From Copranaerobaculum intestinale (GTDB lineage Bacteria; Bacillota_I; Bacilli_A; Erysipelotrichales; Erysipelotrichaceae): a stretch of DNA of 32,000 bases. Positions 1 to 9,359 of this stretch are shown in pieces (the stretch's first letter is position 1; every line of letters starts with the position of its first letter). The notes below the pieces were generated by a model that was given only the letters and a program-made list of their open reading frames with translations, had not been told where the DNA came from and did not search any database. Where the stretch lies: positions 630,001 through 662,000 of the forward strand of contig NZ_WUUQ01000001.1 in the NCBI RefSeq assembly GCF_009831105.1, in the 5' to 3' direction. Both the position numbers and the translations under genes were made by a program.

Positions 1-349
1 CCTAGTGATTATGTTAGAAAAAATATGTCAAATCTTTATCGGATTTAACGAAAAGAAATACTATTTCTTACTACTCTGCCTTTTTAAATCAAAATAATGT
101 AGGGAGGAGGATATATTTTTTAGAACACTTTTAGAACAATTTTTAGTGAAAAATAAAAATATGATAGAAAAAACTATAATTTATATGTTTTTAAATGGTC
201 TAAATTAGCTAAAATCATCAATATTTTGTATTTTTTTAATTCTCTTCTGCTGCACCATTTGTTAAATAAGCCCTATTCAAAGGAATTTTTTAATGTTTGC
301 TGAAAAAAAGACGAAATGATCTGTAAATTAAAGTAACCGATTAAATTGT

Positions 350-378
350 TTGACACATATCCTTGTTCATGGTATAGT
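350..378 (+). promoter_or_regulatory. sigma-70-type promoter of the cold-shock gene
   Basis: TTGACA at 350-355, a 17-nt spacer, then TATAGT at 373-378 preceded by TGn (extended -10). It lies about 135 nt upstream of the csp ATG, which gives the long 5' UTR typical of csp genes. Confidence 0.5.
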
Positions 379-516
379 TAATCACAGATAACAAGCAATA
401 TAACTATGATTCACATGATATGTAAATTGTAATTATGTCTCAAGGCTAACAATCTTACATTTATGTGATTTTTTATTTCTTGAGTGCTTCTTATTTATAA
501 TAAGGAGGTACTATAC

Positions 517-717
517 ATGAGTACAGGTAAAGTTAAATGGTTTAATGCAGACAAAGGTTTCGGTTTTATTACAAGTGAAGCAGGGAAAGACATTTTCGTT
601 CACTATTCAGCAATTCAGACCGGCGGTTTCCGTTCTTTAGAAGAAGGACAGAATGTAAGCTTTGAGATTACAGACAGTGACCGCGGTCCTCAAGCTTCTA
701 ACGTAACGATCGACTAA
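517..717 (+). CDS. cspA: cold-shock protein, CspA family (66 aa)
   Basis: [18 protein letters not shown]...VHYSAI carries the RNP1/RNP2 motifs of the CSD fold. AAGGAGG RBS at 503-509. The track ORF start at 484 is a non-ATG upstream extension; the ATG at 517 is the likely start. Confidence 0.93.
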   Translation: MSTGKVKWFNADKGFGFITSEAGKDIFVHYSAIQTGGFRSLEEGQNVSFEITDSDRGPQASNVTID

Positions 718-753
718 ATAAAAATTCTGAAATCCATAAAAGGACAGTGAGGA

Positions 754-796
754 AAGGATCAATGCCTATACTTGTTAGGGCTTGATCCTTTTTTTG
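754..796 (+). terminator. rho-independent terminator after csp
   Basis: AAGGATCAA (754-762) pairs with TTGATCCTT (782-790), followed by a T-run. Confidence 0.7.
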
Positions 797-942
797 TTTG
801 TATTTTCTGAAATCAATCGAATTGAAGGTTGTATTGATGAATGGTTATGTTAGAATATAGCTAATAAATAACGGTGTATTTTAGAAAACGCATAAAGCAA
901 AACAGATAATATTTATGTTGTTGAAAATGAGGGGTATTAGCA

Positions 943-2512
943 ATGGACAAAGGGAAATCATCAAAACCGCAATATAAAAATGACCTTTTATTCACAGCCG
1001 TGCGTAAAAGATTCTTTTTGCTTGCTTTGATCTGCATTTTGCTGATAACCTCGGGCGGCATTTATTTAAGTACCAGATCAATGCAGCAGTCCGCGAAAAA
1101 TGCTTATCAGAGTGTATCCTCGCTGATTTCACAAAAAATTGATGAATCCTTGAAGCTGCTGACATCGCTATCATCACTTCCTGAGTTTTATGATCCGCAG
1201 ATACCATGGGAAGAAAAAGTAGCCAAATTGGATAAGATCAACGAACAATACGGTTATATGTTCATTTGTTATATGGATGAAGATATACAGGTATATACAC
1301 TGGGTGAAAAGAGCCTGCGAGCTTAGCAAGCCGCGAGCATATGCAGAAGCTGTACGCTACCAGAAGCAATGTTGTTACAGACAGCTTTGTTGCCGGTGCA
1401 GACGGCGTTACTCTGAACTACACAGTGGCAGTTCCGCTTTTGATGAATGGTGAGATGACCGGTGGTTTGTTCTGTTCGATCTATTTTGATGAAATTATTC
1501 ATTTATTGAATCAAGCAATGTCCTCAGACGGGGTAGAAGCCGTTTTAATCGGTTCAAAGGGGCAGATTATGTCCTCGACAAATGGGTTAAGTTATGGTGC
1601 GGATTACATGGATATTCTGCGAGATACAACGATATTTCAACTAACGACTGATCAGCTTGAATCTTTGCTGTTAAGCCGGAAATCAGGTTCATTTACCAGT
1701 ATGAATAGCGGCAACATTCAACATACCTCCTTTGGACCGATCAAGCGGACGAATTGGGATGTATTGGTTACGGCTGATTTCTTATCTGCTTTGCTGCCGA
1801 TCGTACCTGAAATCATACTTATGAATGTGGCTATGCTTCTGTTTCTGGTATTGCTTTATTTGTATACTGTAAAACAGATGAAGAAACAGGCAGAAGCAAA
1901 TAATTCCCTTTTAATGACATTTCATGATCTTGAAAAGAAACTATTTCATAGTGATGAAGTCGAGCAAATTGATTATGAGAATATCCTGCAAATGTCGAGC
2001 AAGGGTCTGAAGGATGAGTTAACCGGTCTTTCAACAAGAACATTTTTCTTAACCAAGCAAATAAATTATTAAGCTCAGATGATGAGGATACATTGATTAC
2101 ACTTTGCTTTGTGGATTTGGACGATTTGAAAATATTAAATGATACATATGGACATAGCGTAGGTGATATCGCATTAAAACAGGTCGGTATAATTCTGCGT
2201 GAGTATGAAAAACGGTATGACGGATTTTCCGGCAGATACGGCGGTGATGAATTTATTCTGATCCTTCGTGATATTGACGATCTTGCGGAATTGCATTCGA
2301 TCCTGCAGGAGCTTGTTCAGCGCTTTCATTTTTCAGTAACGTGGAAAGATCAGGATATAAGCATACATTGCAGTATCGGAGCATGCTCATGGGATAGAAA
2401 AGCATCCTTAGATACTCTGATCGCCAATGCTGACAAAGCACTTTATGATGTGAAACGACACGGAAAAGGCTGTTATTCGCTTTATCTGAACGGAGAACAG
2501 GAGTATGAATAG
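943..2512 (+). pseudogene. Cache-sensor / GGDEF diguanylate cyclase interrupted by two single-nucleotide frameshifts
   Basis: Three consecutive ORFs (943-1326, 1341-2072, 2093-2512) together read as one protein: N-terminal TM, Cache-like sensor, TM, GGDEF. Across the first break the +3 frame continues ...GEK|EPASLASREHMQKLY through an A4 run at 1307-1310. Across the second break the sequence continues ...GLSTRTFF|LNQANKLLSSDDEDTLITLCFVDLDD through a T5 run at 2043-2047. An intact GGDEF motif (RYGGDEFILIL) sits in the last segment. Confidence 0.8.
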
Positions 2513-3776
2513 GAAGACAAAGGTCTTGTTCATCGGTCTCGCCATCCTGATTTTGGTATTATCGATGTTTTTTAAAAATATGGCAGTGCGGACTTTAGAG
2601 GATCAGCATCGCCAGCAAGCAAAAACGATGGGAACGATATTTGCAAGTAAGCTAAAAGAAAATTTCAATCATATGAATTATGCCGCATTTGCTGAGCTTA
2701 ATCTGGGAGATTCAGGAGATATTCAGGCCTTTGAAACAATCAGTCAGCGTTTATTGTCAAAGCATGATGAGATTGTTTATCTTGCATATTTTAGACATGA
2801 TGCTTTGGAAAATATTCAGCCCCAGACATATGATGCATTAAAAGGTAAAAAGTTAAGTGAATTTCCGTATAGTCATACATTAGCTAAAGTGATAAAAGAT
2901 AAAGTTATCGAAGGACCGGAAGCTCTGCCTTCGTATGACGGAAAGGTATTTTACTTTATTTACCCGATCATGGATGCAGGAAATGAATATCAGGGTGAAA
3001 TCGTAGCAGCTTTGGATCAAAACAAGGTCATGAAACGCCTGCAGTTAAAGATGCTTGAGGAAGCAGATTATGATTATGAATTATGGCGGGTAGATGAACT
3101 GGGACAGAACAAGACGGTGATCGCAGTGTCAGATAAAACCGTAGATTTTTCTGATGCGGTTAAACTGGAATTTCGTTTGCCGGCAAAATGGAGCATTAGT
3201 TTACTGCCAAAAGAAAAGTGGGTATCCGATTTCACAAATATCACGATCACTGTTGGCTGTATGATAAGCGGCATTGTAATATACGGCTTGATCTGGCTTC
3301 TGTATTTGTTGAATAAAAAGAATAAGGACTTGAAACGTGAACGGTTTACCGATCCCGAAAGCGGTCTGCTGAATTTAGAAGGATTTCGCTATTATGCGAA
3401 CCGAGAAATGGATAAGAATGATTCTTTTTTGAAGCTGGTATATATTAGAATGACAAACTTTTATGAAGTATCTATGAAGGTATCGAATACCCAGAAAAAA
3501 GAATATCTGACTCATGTATCTCAAAGTATTACAGAATGTTTTCAAAAAGGTACGCTTGCAGCGAGATTAAACGAAGAAATCATAATTATTGCCTTATTTC
3601 AGGAAGCTGGCAATAATATTGATGAATTTATTTTACAAATGATTTGGAAATTGCATGTTCATGGGAAAAAGGAATTCATCCTACCTTCTTATTGTTGTGT
3701 ATGTAAGCCAGAGGATGGATCAAATGTTGATGAGCTGCTGGAGACAGCTGAAAAGCAGTTTCACCAGGATAAATAA
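2505..3776 (+). CDS. membrane sensor protein with a degenerate (probably inactive) GGDEF domain
   Basis: N-terminal TM, a periplasmic Cache-like region and a second TM (ITITVGCMISGIVIYGLIWLLYLL), then a GGDEF-like fold (FTDPESGLLNLEGF...). The signature position reads RLNEEII instead of GGDEF. The gene overlaps the upstream gene by 8 nt. Confidence 0.65.
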   Translation: MNRKTKVLFIGLAILILVLSMFFKNMAVRTLEDQHRQQAKTMGTIFASKLKENFNHMNYAAFAELNLGDSGDIQAFETISQRLLSKHDEIVYLAYFRHDALENIQPQTYDALKGKKLSEFPYSHTLAKVIKDKVIEGPEALPSYDGKVFYFIYPIMDAGNEYQGEIVAALDQNKVMKRLQLKMLEEADYDYELWRVDELGQNKTVIAVSDKTVDFSDAVKLEFRLPAKWSISLLPKEKWVSDFTNITITVGCMISGIVIYGLIWLLYLLNKKNKDLKRERFTDPESGLLNLEGFRYYANREMDKNDSFLKLVYIRMTNFYEVSMKVSNTQKKEYLTHVSQSITECFQKGTLAARLNEEIIIIALFQEAGNNIDEFILQMIWKLHVHGKKEFILPSYCCVCKPEDGSNVDELLETAEKQFHQDK

Positions 3777-3898
3777 GAGATCATGCGCAGTCTGATAGGC
3801 TGTTAAAGTATTTTTTTTGATTCGTCAAATTCGCTGATTCACAGCATATATATAATAAAGATTCGTAACAATCAGCTTAAAGAAAGTAGGAATTTTAC

Positions 3899-4264
3899 AT
3901 GTCGATGTTTGAGAAGGATTGGATCATGCGTCAGATCAAAGACTTGACAAAAATGATCGCGATCGGAGTACTGCATAAGGCTGGTCCTGAATATGAAATA
4001 GTGGATGAACAAAACCTTAGTGAGTCAGATAAGCTTCATTTGCAGCTGATGAAACTGCTTGAAAGCAATCGCGTAAAGGATGCGATGCAGCTGCTTCAGG
4101 ATTCCATTACCAACACAGATCTGGATCATTTGAAGGTTGCTATGGATTTTTATGACCGCCTCAGCGCCCTCAGTGACGAAAAGCGGCTAGCTGCCGGTAT
4201 TTCCATATCGGATATTCAGGCTGGTCTGGACGCGGTTACCAGCTGTTATGGTATTTATTTATGA
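3899..4264 (+). CDS. hypothetical small helical protein (121 aa)
   Basis: An uninterrupted ORF with coding-like composition. I recognise no motif. The start is uncertain; in-frame ATGs also occur at 3905 and 3926. Confidence 0.5.
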   Translation: MSMFEKDWIMRQIKDLTKMIAIGVLHKAGPEYEIVDEQNLSESDKLHLQLMKLLESNRVKDAMQLLQDSITNTDLDHLKVAMDFYDRLSALSDEKRLAAGISISDIQAGLDAVTSCYGIYL

Positions 4265-4380
4265 GTCTGATTGTGTTAACATAACAGAATAATCACGTAA
4301 CTTTGGACAAAAATACCATAATTTTGCGGCATTGTTGCGTGATAATAGAAACGTTATCGAATGATAGGAAGGAAAGAAAC

Positions 4381-4728
4381 ATGAACAAGAAAAAAGTATC
4401 AGTTCCCGTTATTACCCTTTATGTGTTAGCCGTTATTTTTCTGCTGATCGGAGCTTTTTCCGTTTGGCACAGTTATGAGTACATTAGTGGTCTTGTAACG
4501 ACAAACGGATTTTCAATCTCGGATAACATGAAGGACGTGTGCAAATATTATTTTACCGAATGTTCCTCTTATTTTGCATATGCATTTCTGTTGTATACCG
4601 GTGGTGTAATTATTGACCGTTTAAACAATCTTGCGCATCCGATGAAAGAGGCGGTTGAGCTGGAAATGGAAGCAAGACCACAGGAAAACGAGGAAGTTGA
4701 AGAGGTAGAAGCAGAAATCGTAGAATAA
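4381..4728 (+). CDS. small membrane protein with an acidic C-terminal tail
   Basis: MNKKKVSVPVITLYVLAVIFLLIGAF... has two predicted TM helices and a C-terminal EEVEEVEAEIVE tail. A GGAAGGAAAG RBS precedes the ATG at 4381, so the track ORF start at 4303 is probably too early. Confidence 0.6.
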   Translation: MNKKKVSVPVITLYVLAVIFLLIGAFSVWHSYEYISGLVTTNGFSISDNMKDVCKYYFTECSSYFAYAFLLYTGGVIIDRLNNLAHPMKEAVELEMEARPQENEEVEEVEAEIVE

Positions 4729-4737
4729 ATATGGTAA

Positions 4738-4766
4738 TAAAAATTGTCCGTGACGGACAATTTTTG
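4738..4766. terminator. bidirectional rho-independent terminator between convergent genes
   Basis: A perfect 10-bp stem, AAATTGTCCG / CGGACAATTT, with a 3-nt loop. It is flanked by an A-run upstream and a T-run downstream. Confidence 0.85.
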
Positions 4767-4767
4767 T

Positions 4768-5769
4768 TTATAGAAATGTTTCCGCAATCTGTACCGCATT
4801 GGTAGCTGCTCCTTTGCGGATTTGATCGCCGCAGCACCAAAGAGAAAGTCCATGTTTATCCGTGCTGATATCTTCTCGGATGCGGCCAACATAGATCAAG
4901 TCCTGATTTTGACTTTCCAGCGGCATCGGATATCGGGCATTTATCGGATCATCGACAAGCTTGATGCCTGGTGCATTTATCAACAATTCTTTGGCTGTTG
5001 AAACATCAATCGGTTCATCAAATTCCACCGTGATTGACTCCGCATGAGAACGCATGGTTGGGACTCTTACACAGGTACAGTTGACGGCCAGATTTGGAGC
5101 GTTTAATATTTTTCTTCCCTCATTCTGCATTTTCATTTCTTCACTGCTGTATCCCTTATCATTAAAATCACCAATCTGCGGGATCAAGTTGTATGCTATT
5201 TGATATGGAAAATATTTAGTTTGGATCGGTTTATGATCAGCCAGTGCCTGCATCTGATCATTGAGCTCTTTCATTCCGCCGATTCCAGCGCCGGATACTG
5301 CTTGATAGGTAGAAACGATCATCCGCGTGATGTGTGCATAGCGATGAAGCGGGGCAAGTGCCACCAATGCGATTATGGTCGCACAGTTAGGATTTGCGAT
5401 GATTCCTTGATGATGCTTAATGGCTTCTTTGTTTACTTCCGGAATAATCAGCGGTACTGACGGATCTAATCGATAAGCACTGCTGTTGTCAATGACGATC
5501 GCTCCCGCTTTAACGGCATAGGGGATAAAGAAACCAGCTACATCGTTTTCTGCGGCACAAAGTACCAAATCGACTCCCTTAAATGATTGCGGAGTCGCTT
5601 CCTGAATGACAAAATTCTGTCCGTTTACACTTACTTCCTTGCCCGCGCTTCGACAGCTTGCCAAAAGGGTGAGCTTACGGTAGGGGAATTTTCGTTCCAG
5701 CAGCATCTCCAGCATGGTCTGGCCTACCGCTCCGGTAGCACCTAATATCGCAATATGAATGGATTTCAT
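4768..5769 (-). CDS. asd: aspartate-semialdehyde dehydrogenase
   Basis: N-terminal Rossmann motif IAILGATGAVGQ, active-site Cys context ANPNCATI, and a length of 333 aa. Confidence 0.92.
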   Translation of the reverse strand: MKSIHIAILGATGAVGQTMLEMLLERKFPYRKLTLLASCRSAGKEVSVNGQNFVIQEATPQSFKGVDLVLCAAENDVAGFFIPYAVKAGAIVIDNSSAYRLDPSVPLIIPEVNKEAIKHHQGIIANPNCATIIALVALAPLHRYAHITRMIVSTYQAVSGAGIGGMKELNDQMQALADHKPIQTKYFPYQIAYNLIPQIGDFNDKGYSSEEMKMQNEGRKILNAPNLAVNCTCVRVPTMRSHAESITVEFDEPIDVSTAKELLINAPGIKLVDDPINARYPMPLESQNQDLIYVGRIREDISTDKHGLSLWCCGDQIRKGAATNAVQIAETFL

Positions 5770-6015
5770 AGGCTTTCCTCCTCATTTATGTTTGATACTG
5801 TATTATATGTGAGCCGCTAAGCTTATGACACGCCTTGCAGCGATTTTAAGGGATGCTCAAGAATACTGGATAACGTAGGATTAAATACTTTCGTTATGGA
5901 CGATATTAACTATATGTGGTAAAATTTAAAACTGAAGAATAGTTGTTTTTTATTAGGAAAAAGGTAAGACATCAATCTAATAGAATGGATGTTTGATGAT
6001 AAAGGAGGTATCGTT

Positions 6016-6450
6016 ATGGAAAAGTATTTGATAGTAGAATCCAGTATTCTGCCGGAGGTCTATGAAAAAGTTGTAGAAGCACGGAATTTGCTTCAGGAAG
6101 GTGAAGTTAAACAGATTTCCGAAGCAGTCAAGCGAGTTGGCATAAGCCGCGGTACCTATTACAAATATAAAGATTATGTATTTCTTCCCTCACAGAATTT
6201 CATGGGAAGAAAAGCGGTAATTTCATTTACGCTGATGCATAAAAAAGGCATTCTGTCCGAAGTTCTCAATGAGCTTTCCAGTATGAATGCCAATATCCTG
6301 ACAATTAATCAAAATATACCGATCCACGATCGGGCTAATGTCGTGATTTCTATGGATATGAGTGATATGGATATCATGATGGATCAGGTAATTAAGCAGC
6401 TGGCAAATTTAAATGGGGTATATAATATGCAGCTTGAGGCGATTGAATAA
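6016..6450 (+). CDS. pheB: ACT-domain protein, UPF0735 / PheB-like
   Basis: MEKYLIVESSILPEVYEKVVEARNLL...ISRGTYYKYKDYVF plus the C-terminal ACT region parallels B. subtilis PheB. AAAGGAGG RBS at 6001-6008. Confidence 0.75.
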   Translation: MEKYLIVESSILPEVYEKVVEARNLLQEGEVKQISEAVKRVGISRGTYYKYKDYVFLPSQNFMGRKAVISFTLMHKKGILSEVLNELSSMNANILTINQNIPIHDRANVVISMDMSDMDIMMDQVIKQLANLNGVYNMQLEAIE

Positions 6451-6541
6451 AGGGAGCGAATCAAATGATTCGTTCTGTTTTTATGTTGGTAAAGAAAAAC
6501 GACTTGTGTTATGATAGGTCTGCTTATTAGGAAGTGATGAT

Positions 6542-7267
6542 ATGCAGCGAATAAAAAAATTTATAGCCGTGGCAGTAGCTGTTTCTGTGATTGCGATATT
6601 ATTGATAACCAGTGTCGATATCAATGCGTTTAATCGTGGTTTCTTTGAAGATGAATATGCCGCAATGAATACCGCGGAGCATATCGGCATGAGTCAAAAG
6701 GATCTAATGCGTGCCACCAATACATTGCTTGATTATTTGCAGGATGACCGTGATGATATTCTGGTAAAAGCTCAGGTATATGGAGAAACACGAGAAGTTT
6801 TCAATAAGCGAGAAAGCGATCATATGATCGATGTAAAAGATCTTTATCAAAATGTGCGGAAAGTACGACTGGCTGCTGTGATTGTGTTGATCATTGGAAT
6901 AGCGGTGCTGCTATGGAAACGGCAGGAAGGGCTGTTGGGATCGCTGGCTTATCGGTTCATGCAGGTTTCTTTAGCTTTTTTGGTTATTATCGGCATGCTT
7001 TGTATATGGGCATTGATTGATTTTTACTCTTTTTGGACGAGTTTCCATGAGCTGTTTTTCACCAATGATCTATGGCTGCTGAATCCCGCTACGGATATCA
7101 TGATTCAGATGTTTCCGCAGGATTTCTTTTTCCACATGGTCATGCGAATCGTGATCGGCTTCACAGTTCCGTTTGCGGCATTGTTTGGAGGCAGTTTGTT
7201 ATATGTAAAGCATTGGATAAGGAAAGAACCGAAGATCACAGATTGTACGGAGGCGAGCGAATCATGA
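6542..7267 (+). CDS. lit: TIGR01906/DUF1461 integral membrane protein (lipoprotein intramolecular transacylase Lit family)
   Basis: Family-typical motifs FNKRESDHMIDVKDLY and FHELFFTNDLWLLNPATD, plus several TM helices. Confidence 0.65.
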   Translation: MQRIKKFIAVAVAVSVIAILLITSVDINAFNRGFFEDEYAAMNTAEHIGMSQKDLMRATNTLLDYLQDDRDDILVKAQVYGETREVFNKRESDHMIDVKDLYQNVRKVRLAAVIVLIIGIAVLLWKRQEGLLGSLAYRFMQVSLAFLVIIGMLCIWALIDFYSFWTSFHELFFTNDLWLLNPATDIMIQMFPQDFFFHMVMRIVIGFTVPFAALFGGSLLYVKHWIRKEPKITDCTEASES

Positions 7268-7821
7268 AACGTGTTATCCTGGCGAGTAATTCACCGCGTC
7301 GCAGGGAATTATTGGCAAGAATGGATATTCCTTTTACCGCAAAGGGAGTACAAACAGAAGAATTTATCAATACGAGTTTACCGCTGGGCAAAGCCATTGA
7401 AGAAATAGCCCGACAAAAAGCACTGGCCGTTAAGGAATCTTTTCCGGAAGATATCATCGTCGGCGCTGATACCATTGTATGCATTGACGGTGAAGTATTG
7501 GGCAAACCACGTGATAAACAGCAGGCATTTGAAATGCTGAAACGACTTTCCGGTCGCACGCATCAGGTAATTACCGGGGTTGCAGTTTTGTATCCACAGG
7601 AAGAAATCACCTTTCATCAGCACACTGATGTCACATTTTATTCACTTCATGATGATGAAATTTGGGAATATATTGATACCAATGAACCGATGGATAAGGC
7701 TGGTGCCTATGGAATTCAGGGAAAAGGTGCTTTTTTAGTTGAAAAAATTGTCGGAGACTATTATAATGTAATGGGTTTGCCGATGGCAAGTCTCTATCGG
7801 GTTCTGAAAGAACACGGTTAA
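7264..7821 (+). CDS. maf: Maf-like nucleoside-triphosphate pyrophosphatase (septum formation inhibitor family)
   Basis: MKRVILASNSPRRRELL...GADTIV...AGAYGIQG. The ATG at 7264 overlaps the lit stop codon (ATGA). The track ORF start at 7072 is an out-of-context extension inside lit. Confidence 0.9.
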   Translation: MKRVILASNSPRRRELLARMDIPFTAKGVQTEEFINTSLPLGKAIEEIARQKALAVKESFPEDIIVGADTIVCIDGEVLGKPRDKQQAFEMLKRLSGRTHQVITGVAVLYPQEEITFHQHTDVTFYSLHDDEIWEYIDTNEPMDKAGAYGIQGKGAFLVEKIVGDYYNVMGLPMASLYRVLKEHG

Positions 7822-7830
7822 GACCCGAAC

Positions 7831-7904
7831 GCCGACATAGTATAATGGTAATACAGAGCAATGGTAATGCTCAGCTCGCAGTTCAATTCTGCGTGTCGGC
7901 ACCA
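7831..7904 (+). tRNA. tRNA-Thr (anticodon GGT), CCA encoded
   Basis: Hand-folded cloverleaf. The acceptor stem is GCCGACA/TGTCGGC and the D arm is GTAT-AATGGTA-ATAC. The anticodon arm is GAGCA-ATGGTAA-TGCTC, giving anticodon GGT, and the T arm is CGCAG-TTCAATT-CTGCG. The molecule ends in a discriminator A followed by CCA. Confidence 0.85.
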
Positions 7905-7914
7905 TAAATAAAGT

Positions 7915-7941
7915 AACCCCTCTAAGTAAAGGGGTTTTTTA
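7915..7941 (+). terminator. rho-independent terminator after tRNA-Thr
   Basis: AACCCCT / AGGGGTT stem followed by a T6 run. Confidence 0.75.
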
Positions 7942-8170
7942 TTGTTTTAATGTGTAAAAAAACAAAAAAGACGAATATTCATCATATTTCATACATACTG
8001 TTTATCAAATCTGCATGACAGCAATGTAAGAAATGACGATTTTGATTTATTATATGGATTCATAAATGATGCTTCTTTGCTTGTTGAAAAATGATATCTT
8101 TTTGCGCTTTCGTCATATCATATGGTCTGTTGATACATGATGGTTTAAGATGATAAAAGGATATAAGAAA

Positions 8171-8196
8171 AGCCGCTTTTTCAGCGGCTTTTCTGC
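8171..8196 (-). terminator. terminator of the yjzC-like gene
   Basis: AGCCGCT-TTTTC-AGCGGCT hairpin. On the minus strand it is followed by a T-run. Confidence 0.7.
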
Positions 8197-8217
8197 TCAG
8201 AATATTACATCGGTAAA

Positions 8218-8379
8218 CTACTGAGCCTTGTAGTAACAGTTTTTCTGCTGTGACGGTGGGAATCTTTTGCCTTTTTCCACGTCGATGTCTTCATTCAGAA
8301 GTTTGCCCTTTTCGTCATATAAACTGTATTTGTCAGTCTGTTCACAGTTCTGACCCGGACGGTATTTCTTTTCAGCCAT
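8218..8379 (-). CDS. YjzC-like small protein (53 aa); not in the supplied ORF track
   Basis: My minus-strand translation is MAEKKYRPGQNCEQTDKYSLYDEKGKLLNEDIDVEKGKRFPPSQQKNCYYKAQ. An AGGAGGTG RBS lies 7 nt upstream of the ATG and a terminator lies downstream. The PGQ...KG.RFPP pattern resembles the Bacillus YjzC family. Confidence 0.65.
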   Translation of the reverse strand: MAEKKYRPGQNCEQTDKYSLYDEKGKLLNEDIDVEKGKRFPPSQQKNCYYKAQ

Positions 8380-8505
8380 GAATAACACCTCCTGATACTA
8401 TTGTGGTTATCTGATAGTTTGGTATTCCAGTAATTTATGGAAATGAGTTTTGTTATTGAAAGAACTTTGTTAAAATAGAGAAGATTGATTTCGTGGAGGT
8501 GCAGG

Positions 8506-9276
8506 ATGAAAATTTTCGCAAGTGATTATGATGGAACGCTCCGTATTGGTCAGGATGTGAGTGAAGAAAATAAAAGGATGATACAGAAATGGCGGGATGC
8601 CGGCAATCTGTTTGTCATAGTAACTGGACGCAGTATGGAGTCGATCCTATCTGAGATTGAACGAAATACATTATCCTGTGATTATATCATCGGGAATAAT
8701 GGCGGGGTCATATATGATTGGGAAGGAAATCTGCTTCAGGAGACAGTTATGGATTTTGAGCGGGCTTTAAAGGTATTGGAATATATCAAGACCGTGCGCT
8801 GCTTTTCCTATGTGATCAATGACGGTTTTCATCGAGCTAAGGTGGTTGTGGATGCTTCTCGGCCGGATCGTAAATACGGCATGATCAAGGCTACAAAATC
8901 AGTGGAGGAAGTATTGGCAAATCGAAAGATTGCTCAGTTTGTACTCTCTTTAGATAATATGGAATTGGCGAAACAGACTGCCCAAATCATCAATGAGCGT
9001 TACGCAGATACAGTATGTGCCTATGTGAATGTGGACTGCATCGATGTAGTACCCAATTGTATCAGTAAGGCAAAGGGCATTCAATTCCTTCAGGAGTATG
9101 TTAAGGCAGCGAAAGATGAGATCTTTGTCATCGGTGATTCCTATAATGATTTGCCGATGATTGAAGCCTATCATGGTTTTACTCTTAATCACGCAGAAGC
9201 AATCATTCAAAAACAGGCATCCGACAGCTTTGAAAGTGTTGCCGCCGCGATTGGCAGCCTGCTTGATAAAAATTAA
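8506..9276 (+). CDS. Cof-type HAD-IIB family hydrolase
   Basis: MKIFASDYDGTL (DxD motif), VIVTGRS, and GDSYNDLPM (HAD motif IV). A GGAGGTG RBS sits just upstream; the track start at 8485 is a TTG. Confidence 0.85.
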   Translation: MKIFASDYDGTLRIGQDVSEENKRMIQKWRDAGNLFVIVTGRSMESILSEIERNTLSCDYIIGNNGGVIYDWEGNLLQETVMDFERALKVLEYIKTVRCFSYVINDGFHRAKVVVDASRPDRKYGMIKATKSVEEVLANRKIAQFVLSLDNMELAKQTAQIINERYADTVCAYVNVDCIDVVPNCISKAKGIQFLQEYVKAAKDEIFVIGDSYNDLPMIEAYHGFTLNHAEAIIQKQASDSFESVAAAIGSLLDKN

Positions 9277-9359
9277 GATCGCTGGTAATTTCCAATGGAA
9301 AATAATAAGGCTTGCATACAGTTTTATGCTATAATGTAAAATGCGAAAGGAGTGTTCTT

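Noticed and set aside
1-349. A 350-bp AT-rich region upstream of csp with a TTAGAACA direct repeat (about 118-139), considered as a possible small gene or sRNA.
   Set aside because: There is no ORF with a start codon plus RBS and no promoter/terminator pair. The repeat is short and in very AT-rich DNA, so I cannot support a feature.
861-1207. Minus-strand ORFs 861-1061 and 992-1207 overlapping the start of the cyclase pseudogene.
   Set aside because: They are antisense to a frame with clear TM and Cache-like features, and they lack translation signals.
5770-6015. Possible riboswitch or leader in the divergent asd / pheB-like intergenic region.
   Set aside because: I could not recognise any conserved riboswitch core (for example an L-box or T-box specifier/T-loop pairing) or a terminator/antiterminator pair. 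This is most likely just divergent promoters.
7072-7263. Long N-terminal extension of maf (track ORF starts at 7072).
   Set aside because: The extension lies out of frame inside the lit coding region and has no RBS. The conserved Maf N-terminus MKRVILASNSPRR begins at the ATG at 7264, which overlaps the lit stop codon.
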